The notes under the pieces: generated by a model
What the model saw: the letters and a program-made list of their open reading frames with translations, nothing else
Database searches by the model: none
What the model was told of the DNA's origin: nothing
IMG/VR virus record: IMGVR_UViG_3300020045_008164
Location: 1-30,832 of that record
Length of the DNA stretch: 30,832 nucleotides
From: a virus
Lineage: Duplodnaviria; Caudoviricetes
Strand: one strand, 5' to 3'
Program-made: the position numbers and the translations under genes
Shown: positions 7,483-15,755 of the stretch, piece after piece
Layout of the letters: each line of letters begins with the position of its first letter
Position numbering within the stretch: the first letter of the stretch is position 1

Positions 7483-9378
7483 ATGAGCATGGGACCATCA
7501 ATGGTGAGAGAGTTGAGCGAGCCGGTGCCGTCAAGGTTCCAGCATGAGATGTTGACCATCTGCACCAACTACATCGACAACGCATTTGCCTCAATCTCGA
7601 GTCATTACGGCAAGTGGGATGATTCCCGCAATGCTTATAATGCGGTGATCAAGCCACGGACAAAAGACGAGTATGCAAATGAGGACGAACGTCCAATGGC
7701 GCAGTCTGTGCCGATGACCTACTCCCAGATCAAGACTTTCCAAGCGTTTTGCACGTCTGTTCTGTCTCAGCGTCCTCGTCAATTCGAGCATAAGCCGGGA
7801 GGTAAGGAGGATGCTGCAATGGTTGACCTGTCGGAAACGCTTCTCGAACAGGACCTTTGCGAGAATCGCTGGAAGACCAAGCGTGGACAGCTTCTCCAGT
7901 GCCTTGGTTTGTATGGACTTGCTGTTACTCACACTGGATTCAAGCAAGACCACGTCGGATTAGTGTTTGAGCAAGAAGAAGCTGGCACTACCGCGTTCGG
8001 ACAGGCGATGACCGCCAAGAAGATCGTTGCGCAGGACATCATTCGCTACAACGGGAACGAAATCACAGTGGTCTCCCCGTATAAGTATCTTCCTGACCCT
8101 GCTTTCGACATGTGCGACCAGCACAAGGCACGATTCCAAGGACATGAGTTCGAGATTTCGATTCAGGACCTGCGAATGATGCAGCAAAACGGCGAAGTCG
8201 CCGGCGTCGAGCACGTTCGCACATCATTTGCCACGGAACGGTGGGACAAACGAAATAAATCCTACGGAGTTCGGTACGATTACTACAAACAGGACAACAA
8301 GCAGACTGAAATCATCGTTATCACCGCGCTGCAACTCCGCATCATCCCTGCGCATTTCAAACTCATTGACGATACACCGCTTGGCAATCTGAATGCTCCC
8401 ACGATTGTCAATGTCTGGATTGCAAACGACTCTCGCATCATCAAATGTGAGATCTCCGGTCACCTCCACGGGCAGTTCTGCTACGATGTCGCTGCATTCG
8501 ACAACGAGAAACATGAACTCCTCGGCAAGTCTGTCGCGGAAGTTATGTCAGAGCTACAGAAAACTACTGACTGGTTCCTGAACTCCAAGATTGAAACCGT
8601 CACGAGGAACGTAGAGCCTCAGTTGGTATATGACCCATACACTGTTGAAACCTCCGACCTTGTTAACAACGAGCGGCTGATCCGACTCAAGAAAGGCGCT
8701 GGACGTTTTGGCATGGATGCTCTCATCAAGCAACTTGATATCCGCGATACCACTTCCCGTCACATGGACGATATCGCCCAGATCAACCGCATCATGTATG
8801 AGGTTACTGGCATCAATGCCAACATGGCGGGGCAGTTCCATACTGGACGCCGCTCCGCCACCGAAGCAAAGGTCGTATCCGGCGGTGCCGCTTCCCGCAT
8901 GATGACGATGCTGGCAGAAGTTTGGGAGTCGCTGTTCACTCCACTCGGCACAAAAGCTAATTGCAACCTCCGTCAAGGTCTCACCGCTGAAGACATCCTC
9001 GATCGCTGTGGCGACCACCCTCCCGAAGTTCTCACCGCCTACAAGTCCACTCCTATCAAGCTCGCGCGTGCACGTGACCTCTGGATTCTCGATTCCACCA
9101 CTCCATCTGAAAAGGGTTTCCAAGCGCAATGGCTCACAGAAGTCTTCGGTATGGTAATGGCTAATCCGATGGCGGCTATCCAGCTTGACCTCTCCCCACG
9201 CTTGATTCTCGAAAAGGGTATGGAACTTCAAGGGATCACCTTCCGTGAGAACATCAGACTCTCTAACGATCCCCAGACTCTTCAGCAAGTTGTTATGCAA
9301 ATGGCACAGCAGCTCGCACAGCAAATGCTGATGCAGCAACAGCAACAGCAGCAGGAACCACCAGCTAATCCGCAATAG
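7483..9378 (+). CDS. Portal protein (podovirus-type)
   Basis: 631 aa directly after terL; VSPYKYLPDP, GKSVAEVMSELQ, EVTGINANMAG..RRSATE motifs and a Q-rich C-terminus. Confidence 0.85.
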   Translation: MSMGPSMVRELSEPVPSRFQHEMLTICTNYIDNAFASISSHYGKWDDSRNAYNAVIKPRTKDEYANEDERPMAQSVPMTYSQIKTFQAFCTSVLSQRPRQFEHKPGGKEDAAMVDLSETLLEQDLCENRWKTKRGQLLQCLGLYGLAVTHTGFKQDHVGLVFEQEEAGTTAFGQAMTAKKIVAQDIIRYNGNEITVVSPYKYLPDPAFDMCDQHKARFQGHEFEISIQDLRMMQQNGEVAGVEHVRTSFATERWDKRNKSYGVRYDYYKQDNKQTEIIVITALQLRIIPAHFKLIDDTPLGNLNAPTIVNVWIANDSRIIKCEISGHLHGQFCYDVAAFDNEKHELLGKSVAEVMSELQKTTDWFLNSKIETVTRNVEPQLVYDPYTVETSDLVNNERLIRLKKGAGRFGMDALIKQLDIRDTTSRHMDDIAQINRIMYEVTGINANMAGQFHTGRRSATEAKVVSGGAASRMMTMLAEVWESLFTPLGTKANCNLRQGLTAEDILDRCGDHPPEVLTAYKSTPIKLARARDLWILDSTTPSEKGFQAQWLTEVFGMVMANPMAAIQLDLSPRLILEKGMELQGITFRENIRLSNDPQTLQQVVMQMAQQLAQQMLMQQQQQQQEPPANPQ

Positions 9379-9379
9379 T

Positions 9380-9649
9380 ATGGACCAAGAAGAACGCACA
9401 TCGCATTACCTCGCACTCAAAGCAAATCCCCTGTTTCAGGAACTCGTCGACTTCATTGACATGATGGGGAAAGTGCACGGTAAGGGTGCCACAGTTGATC
9501 TTACCCATCTGGGTGTTGGCGCAATCCTCGCACGCGAAAAGGCCCTGGGGATGAAAATAGCTTTCGATGGAATGGCACAGTATATCAAACTGGACCTCCC
9601 CACTGAAACCGAGACCCTTGAAAGTCTCAAACACGAAATGAAACAATAA
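9380..9649 (+). CDS. Small hypothetical protein between portal and scaffold
   Basis: 89-aa helical ORF starting 1 nt after the portal stop; position common in podoviruses. Confidence 0.7.
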   Translation: MDQEERTSHYLALKANPLFQELVDFIDMMGKVHGKGATVDLTHLGVGAILAREKALGMKIAFDGMAQYIKLDLPTETETLESLKHEMKQ

Positions 9650-9660
9650 CAACCACTACC

Positions 9661-10470
9661 ATGCAAGACTACGTTGACCCATTCGCCGAAGAGCTGGACG
9701 ACAGCCAGCACTTGGAAATTGCCAATCAGCAGCAGCAACCGGCCCCTGTCATGATCCCGCTGGATCAGGCAATGGCCATGATGCAGATGCGACAAGCTCA
9801 GCCTCAAGCCGCACCGCAGCAACAGCAGGTGCAGATGACTCCTGAGCAACAGGTCGCTCACCTTCGTCAGCTCCAGATCGACGAGGATTACGCCACCGGT
9901 TTCGCATCCTCACTCATTCCAGATGCCGAAGGCAAGATCGACGGTAAGAAGGCCCAGCAGGCCATGCGTTCGCTCGTCGAAGGACTTCGTGCCGAATACA
10001 TGCGCACGATCGAGCTGAACAACCAGAACCTCAACGGCCATATCGAACAGACGCTGACTCCCGTTCAGCAGTTCGTCGATCGTCAGCGCGCCGAAGGTGC
10101 ATGGAACGGCTTCGTTACCTCATACCCACAACTTGCCAACATGCGCCAGCTCGTGGATGCGAAAGCCGCGGAACTTGCACCGCTCATGCCTCCAGGCACC
10201 AACCAACAGCAGGCGTTTCAATACGTCGCGAATGCTGTCGCACAAGACCTGAAACAGATGGGAGTTGCACTTCCTCCAGTGAGCAAGCAGCGCCAGACGC
10301 AGCAAGCTCCCAATCCGTTTCAGAACAACCAACAATTTCCTGGGCTTCCCATGCAAATGGGTCCCTCGATGAGCCAGATGCCAATCGGTCTTGGTGGCCG
10401 TGGTGGAGCACCTCAGGGCGGTCAACGTCCTCGGAACCCCTACTACGACGCTGATACCTTCGGCAAGTAA
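9661..10470 (+). CDS. Probable capsid scaffolding protein
   Basis: Q/P-rich, helical and low-complexity; directly upstream of the major capsid gene. Confidence 0.7.
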   Translation: MQDYVDPFAEELDDSQHLEIANQQQQPAPVMIPLDQAMAMMQMRQAQPQAAPQQQQVQMTPEQQVAHLRQLQIDEDYATGFASSLIPDAEGKIDGKKAQQAMRSLVEGLRAEYMRTIELNNQNLNGHIEQTLTPVQQFVDRQRAEGAWNGFVTSYPQLANMRQLVDAKAAELAPLMPPGTNQQQAFQYVANAVAQDLKQMGVALPPVSKQRQTQQAPNPFQNNQQFPGLPMQMGPSMSQMPIGLGGRGGAPQGGQRPRNPYYDADTFGK

Positions 10471-10511
10471 ACAAACCTACCGCAACCCACAAACAACACA
10501 CCACTACAAAC

Positions 10512-11900
10512 ATGAGTGATATCAGCATGGGGCTCATTAGCGGCACCCAATTCCACAACGAATCATGGAACACCCGGAACAATCGCCGGAAGATCTTCCA
10601 TGACATGCCCGTCGGTGAGTTCCCACTCACTGGCCTCCTTTCCATGCTCGAACCCGACTGGTGCGACAGCCCCAATCCGAGCTGGTATGAAAAGCGTTGG
10701 ACCGACCCGGAAACCACGATCGCCGCAGGGACGACCGTTCCGTTTACCGCTGCCGGTAGCCAGACCACCCTCGGTGCAGAAGTCGACATGACCGCCGGGA
10801 ATGTGATCCGCATTCAGGTCGATGACAAGAGCTTCTTCCGTGAGCGTCAGGTTCTTCGGATCGAAGATCTGCCAATCACGGGTGACACGACCAACGACCT
10901 CATCGTCGTGGTTGAGTCGCTAGTCTCGGGACTGGATGCAATCGAAGTCCGGGTAGTGGAGTCGGTGGCGAATGTCATTAACACCACGAACTTGATCACT
11001 GGCGGCACCGCTGGTCCGGTCGACGCTCCCGTCTCCATCATCGGCACGGCCAATGCGGAAGGCTCCAATTCCGTTGGCGGCATCTTCATCAAACCGTACA
11101 AGGTCGAGAACTACACCCAGATCTTCAAGAATCCGTTCAGTGTCACTGGCACTGCGCTGGTTACTCCGACGGATTGGGACGGCTCGGGCACGTATCCGGA
11201 ACTCGCGCAGGACAATCTCTCCCGCCACATGGTGGACATCGAGAAGGCGTTCTTCTGGGGCCGGAAGTCCATCGACTTCGTGATCGACGATGGTGAAGAA
11301 GTTCCGGTGCGCACGATGGGTGGTATCAACTGGTTCCTCGAGCAGTACGAGGCGGCCGATTCCCCATACCGTGGTGGCACTGGTGCAGCTGCACTGACCG
11401 CCAATGCCGATGATGACAAGCGCATCATCAAGTCGACCGCGGGTGCAATCGCCGCTTCCACATTCTTCGGAACCTACATGGAACGTGCTTTCCGTTGCAC
11501 ATCCAATAAGGGCTTCGAGAAACTGTTCCTCTGCGGGAATGGTCTGCTCGGTGCGGTGACGGAATACCTCAAGGGTCACGTCACCGAGAACAAGGGCATG
11601 CGGAGCGAAACGGAGTGGGGCTGGAAGGTCTTCACCGTCGAGACCCCGTATGGCACGGTGCACTTCAAGTCGCATCCGCTCTTCAACCGCTCGCCTCGCT
11701 TGCGGTATGAGGGCTATTTGCTCGACGTGCACAACCTCAAGTATCGCCCGCTCAACAAGCGTGATACCCGCAAACTGAAAGGCCAACAGGCTCCCGGCGC
11801 TGACAAGCGTAAGGACGTCTGGGAAACCGAAGCCACGCTGGAAATGCGTTTGCCGCAATCCTGCATGGTCTTCCGCAATCTCCGGTCGCTGACTGCCTAA
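10512..11900 (+). CDS. Major capsid protein (HK97 fold; SU10/DUF5309-like)
   Basis: NYTQIFKNPFSVTGT, DIEKAFFWG, RTMGGI, ETPYGTVHFKSHPLF, YRPL motifs; strong C/G third-position bias. Confidence 0.88.
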   Translation: MSDISMGLISGTQFHNESWNTRNNRRKIFHDMPVGEFPLTGLLSMLEPDWCDSPNPSWYEKRWTDPETTIAAGTTVPFTAAGSQTTLGAEVDMTAGNVIRIQVDDKSFFRERQVLRIEDLPITGDTTNDLIVVVESLVSGLDAIEVRVVESVANVINTTNLITGGTAGPVDAPVSIIGTANAEGSNSVGGIFIKPYKVENYTQIFKNPFSVTGTALVTPTDWDGSGTYPELAQDNLSRHMVDIEKAFFWGRKSIDFVIDDGEEVPVRTMGGINWFLEQYEAADSPYRGGTGAAALTANADDDKRIIKSTAGAIAASTFFGTYMERAFRCTSNKGFEKLFLCGNGLLGAVTEYLKGHVTENKGMRSETEWGWKVFTVETPYGTVHFKSHPLFNRSPRLRYEGYLLDVHNLKYRPLNKRDTRKLKGQQAPGADKRKDVWETEATLEMRLPQSCMVFRNLRSLTA

Positions 11901-11941
11901 GTTAGTTACCGAAACCACAAACAACCAACACACATACCACT

Positions 11942-12133
11942 ATGTCTGCTGAAAGCCTCCGTCGCCAAGGCCCTATTAAGGGTGACTATGAAGGTGAGGA
12001 TCGGAACTTCCCAACGAAGGCCGAGCCCCATCCTGATTCGCTCAACCCGAAGAATGACCTCGGCAAGCATATGTGCGCTGACGTCCCGAAGACGGGTCTC
12101 GGCGCTCGCGGTCATGCGATGACCGATAAGTAA
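11942..12133 (+). CDS. Small hypothetical protein after the capsid gene
   Basis: 63 aa with an A/C-rich leader like those of neighbouring genes. Confidence 0.65.
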   Translation: MSAESLRRQGPIKGDYEGEDRNFPTKAEPHPDSLNPKNDLGKHMCADVPKTGLGARGHAMTDK

Positions 12134-12163
12134 TCGCAACGAACTCCTACTGGCACCGTCATT

Positions 12164-13195
12164 ATGTCTAACTACACTGAGCTCCACGAGCAAGTCATGG
12201 GTTTTATGCAGCAGTCGCTTGCCCTCACTGACCCCTTTCCGGGTGAGGCTGGCAATGCAACTGCAAAGCGTTTGCTCATCGATAAGCTCTGTCTTCGTGC
12301 AGCAAACAACGCTCGGAAACGTGCGGAGTTGCTGAACGATTGGACGTTCAATCAAGTTAGTGCAGAAGTGACGGTGCCTGCTGGAGAGTCGGTACTGTTG
12401 GAAGGTCTGACAGATATCGACAGCGGTGTAACATTCACCGGATTTAAAAACGTGAAGGAGATCACGTATGACGGCGTGCCAATTCACGCCAACTCCACGC
12501 TACATGGACTGCGTCGAAAGTTCATGAAGCCTGCATTCATCCGTACACGCGGTGAGTTCCACGGAAAATACTTCAAGATCAAGCCCGCACTTACGGAGGA
12601 CGTTGATCTGGTTTTCTACGGCACGCGCTGGATGGACAAATACGCAGGAGAATTTCTTGATGGTTTTGAAGTCATCTGGGGCTTTTCTGAATATGAACTT
12701 CCATTCGTATTCCAAACCGGTGTGATTGATTCAAAGCCTGCTTACGCCACTGCAGAAGAGTTGCCTGCAACTAGTGGGATCTATCCATATGTGAATGTCA
12801 CTTGGTCTGCCGAAGATTCACTATGGACAATGGCATTATATGTCGATGCCGACACCGTGCATAACTTTAATGATGCTGATGCACTCGACGTCGCAACTCC
12901 AGATCTCGTCACGCAATGGGAAAATATTGACGGTGACGTCGACATCGCATTCACTCTCAAGAATGTCTTCACACCTTTCACTGGTTCCGTTGCAACCGAC
13001 TGGCTTCTCGTCGAAGGTTTCGAATACATGCAATGGGCAACCATTTGCGAATTGAATCATCTCCTCGAAGTCTACCTTCCACGCACCGAAGGCAAGCTAC
13101 CTCCGCCTGATCGCCAGCGTGAGGAGTCGCTCGAATCCCTCATGCGCTGGGATACGGAAATGCGGGATGCACAGCTTAACATGAAATCACGATGA
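12164..13195 (+). CDS. Putative head-tail adaptor / tail tubular protein with an inserted acidic domain
   Basis: MSNYTELHEQV...AANNARKR...W N-terminus and TDWLL C-terminal motif typical of podovirus adaptors; gene position. Confidence 0.6.
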   Translation: MSNYTELHEQVMGFMQQSLALTDPFPGEAGNATAKRLLIDKLCLRAANNARKRAELLNDWTFNQVSAEVTVPAGESVLLEGLTDIDSGVTFTGFKNVKEITYDGVPIHANSTLHGLRRKFMKPAFIRTRGEFHGKYFKIKPALTEDVDLVFYGTRWMDKYAGEFLDGFEVIWGFSEYELPFVFQTGVIDSKPAYATAEELPATSGIYPYVNVTWSAEDSLWTMALYVDADTVHNFNDADALDVATPDLVTQWENIDGDVDIAFTLKNVFTPFTGSVATDWLLVEGFEYMQWATICELNHLLEVYLPRTEGKLPPPDRQREESLESLMRWDTEMRDAQLNMKSR

Positions 13196-14301
13196 GAATC
13201 AACGAAGTTCTTGGGCAATTGCGTAGCCCGAATTGGTTGAAGGTTAAGGGCCCGTGGCTTACGGGGCAGCGGGTCGTGCCGCAGTTTGAGCAGACGATGC
13301 TTACGTATTCGTGCAAGGTTACGCGCGGGACGTACTTTGATACCAGCGACATGCCGTTTGGTTATTTCGTGACGGTCAATCCGGTCAATGCGGCAGAGTG
13401 CCAGCTGGAGATTCTGGAAGTTCCACCAACTGGGGAGACGCATGTGTTTGCGATCAGGACTTCCCGGATTAACAAAGTCAACGAGTTAATCTGTAAGGCT
13501 ACGATCACCAAGCAAATCGTGCCTGTCGCTACCGAAGCTGCTACTGGATCAATGATCTGGGAGAGTAAGGTCACGCCGATTGATAGTGTGCATGCGGAGA
13601 TAGAGACCATGACAATCACTGAGGTCGCGGTGCTTGATAGTTCTGCATGGGACGAGGCGTTGAATGTGTGGGTGAATTCAGTGAGCGAATTGACACAGTC
13701 GACGGCTGATCCCACGGTGACGGTGGTTGGAACGAATGTGGTGCATACGTTTTACCGTGAAGTCAAGTGCGGTTGGTATCTCAAAATCATTGAGACTTTT
13801 GCCAAGATCAATCGCACTTACAAAACTAACATCGAATTCTATTGGCCTGCGGTGTTGCATCAGACTACGCCATTAGAGACTAAAGCATATGATCGAAAAG
13901 ATCTTCCAAACGGTGATCCTGGTGGTAGTAATAACTACGTTGATGTAATTTTCATCAAGGAAGCCTATCGTGGTCCATGTAAGGCATCAGTTACAGAAGT
14001 TTGGAATCTTGCTGCGGTTGATCCATTGCCTGAACCTCAGGTGATGTTGCCTTTGCCATTGACCTACCAATCTCCTTTTAGTTCCTTCAATGTCGGTCCA
14101 ACTCTACACGCACTAATTGAATATGACTCTGTCATTGCAGATGATCCTGAGTTTGTGGATGTGACAATCAATTATACATATGGGGCTACTTCACCCACTG
14201 ATTGGCCTGCCAGTATTATTGCATCAGATAGTCAGGATCCTGTTCGTGGTGGTTATCTTCGTCGTACTATTACAGTCTATCCACCTACTTACACACCATG
14301 A
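13192..14301 (+). CDS. Putative tail / virion structural protein
   Basis: 369 aa, T/V/P-rich and beta-like; ATGA-coupled to the adaptor gene. Confidence 0.55.
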   Translation: MRINEVLGQLRSPNWLKVKGPWLTGQRVVPQFEQTMLTYSCKVTRGTYFDTSDMPFGYFVTVNPVNAAECQLEILEVPPTGETHVFAIRTSRINKVNELICKATITKQIVPVATEAATGSMIWESKVTPIDSVHAEIETMTITEVAVLDSSAWDEALNVWVNSVSELTQSTADPTVTVVGTNVVHTFYREVKCGWYLKIIETFAKINRTYKTNIEFYWPAVLHQTTPLETKAYDRKDLPNGDPGGSNNYVDVIFIKEAYRGPCKASVTEVWNLAAVDPLPEPQVMLPLPLTYQSPFSSFNVGPTLHALIEYDSVIADDPEFVDVTINYTYGATSPTDWPASIIASDSQDPVRGGYLRRTITVYPPTYTP

Positions 14302-14681
14302 GCAAAGATCGTAAAGCACTTGCGTCACCGCAACGATTATACGGATTGGCTAATACTCCGTTACGTGCACCAGCACGTTTGCTTAAATCTGAAAGTGTTG
14401 CTGCAAATGGATTGCTTGCGGATGTCCGCACACTATTTGAGTTTGGCAAAATGCGGGAACGCACACGAAAAATTCCAAATGGCGGTGGAACATTTGATTG
14501 GATCATCGAATTTAGTGTGCTCTCCATCGACAACACCGGGGCTGATCCTGTATTAGTTTGGTCTTCTCCAACAGAGCTTTATCGTGTTTATGTGCGTGAT
14601 GGTGTAATTTACGAAACTGATCCAGATCCTGATGACACACCTGCACCACAGAAATTCATTTCTTTGACTACTGCAACTTAA
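14298..14681 (+). CDS. Hypothetical virion protein
   Basis: 127 aa, ATGA-coupled within the structural operon. Confidence 0.6.
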   Translation: MSKDRKALASPQRLYGLANTPLRAPARLLKSESVAANGLLADVRTLFEFGKMRERTRKIPNGGGTFDWIIEFSVLSIDNTGADPVLVWSSPTELYRVYVRDGVIYETDPDPDDTPAPQKFISLTTAT

Positions 14682-14686
14682 TTTAC

Positions 14687-15295
14687 ATGAATCCTCAATT
14701 ACAACAAATCGCCGCATTGAGTCAGCTCATGCCGCAGCAAGACCCGATGGCTTCCCTTGGTGGCCTTCTCCAACTCATTGGTGGAATGAATGAGCTTGGA
14801 TATCGTGAGCAAGATCAGCAACTCAAGCAGCAGCAGTTTGATCAGCAAGGCCAGCAAATGCAATTCGAGCAGGGCCTGGCACAGCGTGCGGATACGCGTG
14901 CAGGGTCAGCCCTTACACTCCAACGCATGCAGTTTGAGGAAGATCGCAAGCGTGGTCAACTCGGTCAGCAGAAAGCACTGGCTGACATGGAGTATCAGAA
15001 AGCCGCTACTGCACAAGGCAATCAACAAATGGCGATGACACGTGAGCAGCTGGATGCTACAATCGCCGATCGTCAACAGCGTGGCCTGTTTGGACTCATT
15101 GAACTCGTCGGAGGTTCGCAAGCAGGTGTGGACAATCCACAACTGATCACCGGACTACTTCAACTCGCCATGCAGAACGCCGGAATCGTCCTACCGGAAA
15201 CTCCCAATCCACAAGCTGCTCAGATTGAAACCCTTCAACGCGTGACTGGTAGCAGCAACTGGTCGCCATCTAGCCTCTACAATCCAACTCACTAA
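14687..15295 (+). CDS. Q-rich putative internal virion (ejection) protein
   Basis: Q/M-rich coiled-coil composition with G/L-rich patches; lies before the giant protein. Confidence 0.6.
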   Translation: MNPQLQQIAALSQLMPQQDPMASLGGLLQLIGGMNELGYREQDQQLKQQQFDQQGQQMQFEQGLAQRADTRAGSALTLQRMQFEEDRKRGQLGQQKALADMEYQKAATAQGNQQMAMTREQLDATIADRQQRGLFGLIELVGGSQAGVDNPQLITGLLQLAMQNAGIVLPETPNPQAAQIETLQRVTGSSNWSPSSLYNPTH

Positions 15296-15300
15296 CTACC

Positions 15301-15753
15301 ATGTCCTCGGCACTTCAACAACCTGCTCGTCAACTCGGTGGAGGCACATCCACTCAAGCGCCCGCCAATCCGATGCTCGGTAAGCCCGGACTGGATATCA
15401 ATGCATTGTTGCAGATGATCCTGCAATCCCAGCAGACCATGCAGGGTAATATGCTGGATGCGGCAACCAAGCCGCAAAGCAAGATCGCACAGTCACCACG
15501 GAATCAGCAGCGCACTGGTGGTCTTGCTGGCTGGTATGAGATGAATCCTCAAGCCCTACAGGGTGAGAGTTACAATCAATCCCGTGCTGCTCAGGTTCAA
15601 GGCAACCAAATTACCCGACAGAAACAAGGTATGCAGGGTCGTCTTGATCTCGCTGGAATGATTAATCAGCTTAGCCAGATGCAGAATCAATTCCTTGATA
15701 CCAACCAAGGTGATATCTCTCGTCTTCCCGTCAACCCATTCTACGGCTTCTGA
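15301..15753 (+). CDS. Q-rich putative internal virion (ejection) protein
   Basis: Low-complexity Q/N/G composition; ACTACC-ATG leader. Confidence 0.6.
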   Translation: MSSALQQPARQLGGGTSTQAPANPMLGKPGLDINALLQMILQSQQTMQGNMLDAATKPQSKIAQSPRNQQRTGGLAGWYEMNPQALQGESYNQSRAAQVQGNQITRQKQGMQGRLDLAGMINQLSQMQNQFLDTNQGDISRLPVNPFYGF

Positions 15754-15755
15754 TT

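Noticed and set aside
9334-9354. CAG/CAA run as a possible contingency microsatellite
   Set aside because: Mixed codons encoding an in-frame poly-Q portal tail, which is common in podovirus portals.
10920-11933. 337-aa antisense ORF opposite the capsid gene (also 8554-9399, 6010-6714, 3859-4500)
   Set aside because: These mirror strongly biased sense genes codon for codon, have no recognisable motifs, and are expected shadow ORFs.
11860-11945. Programmed frameshift extension of the capsid protein
   Set aside because: No slippery heptamer near the stop, and the next gene has its own leader.
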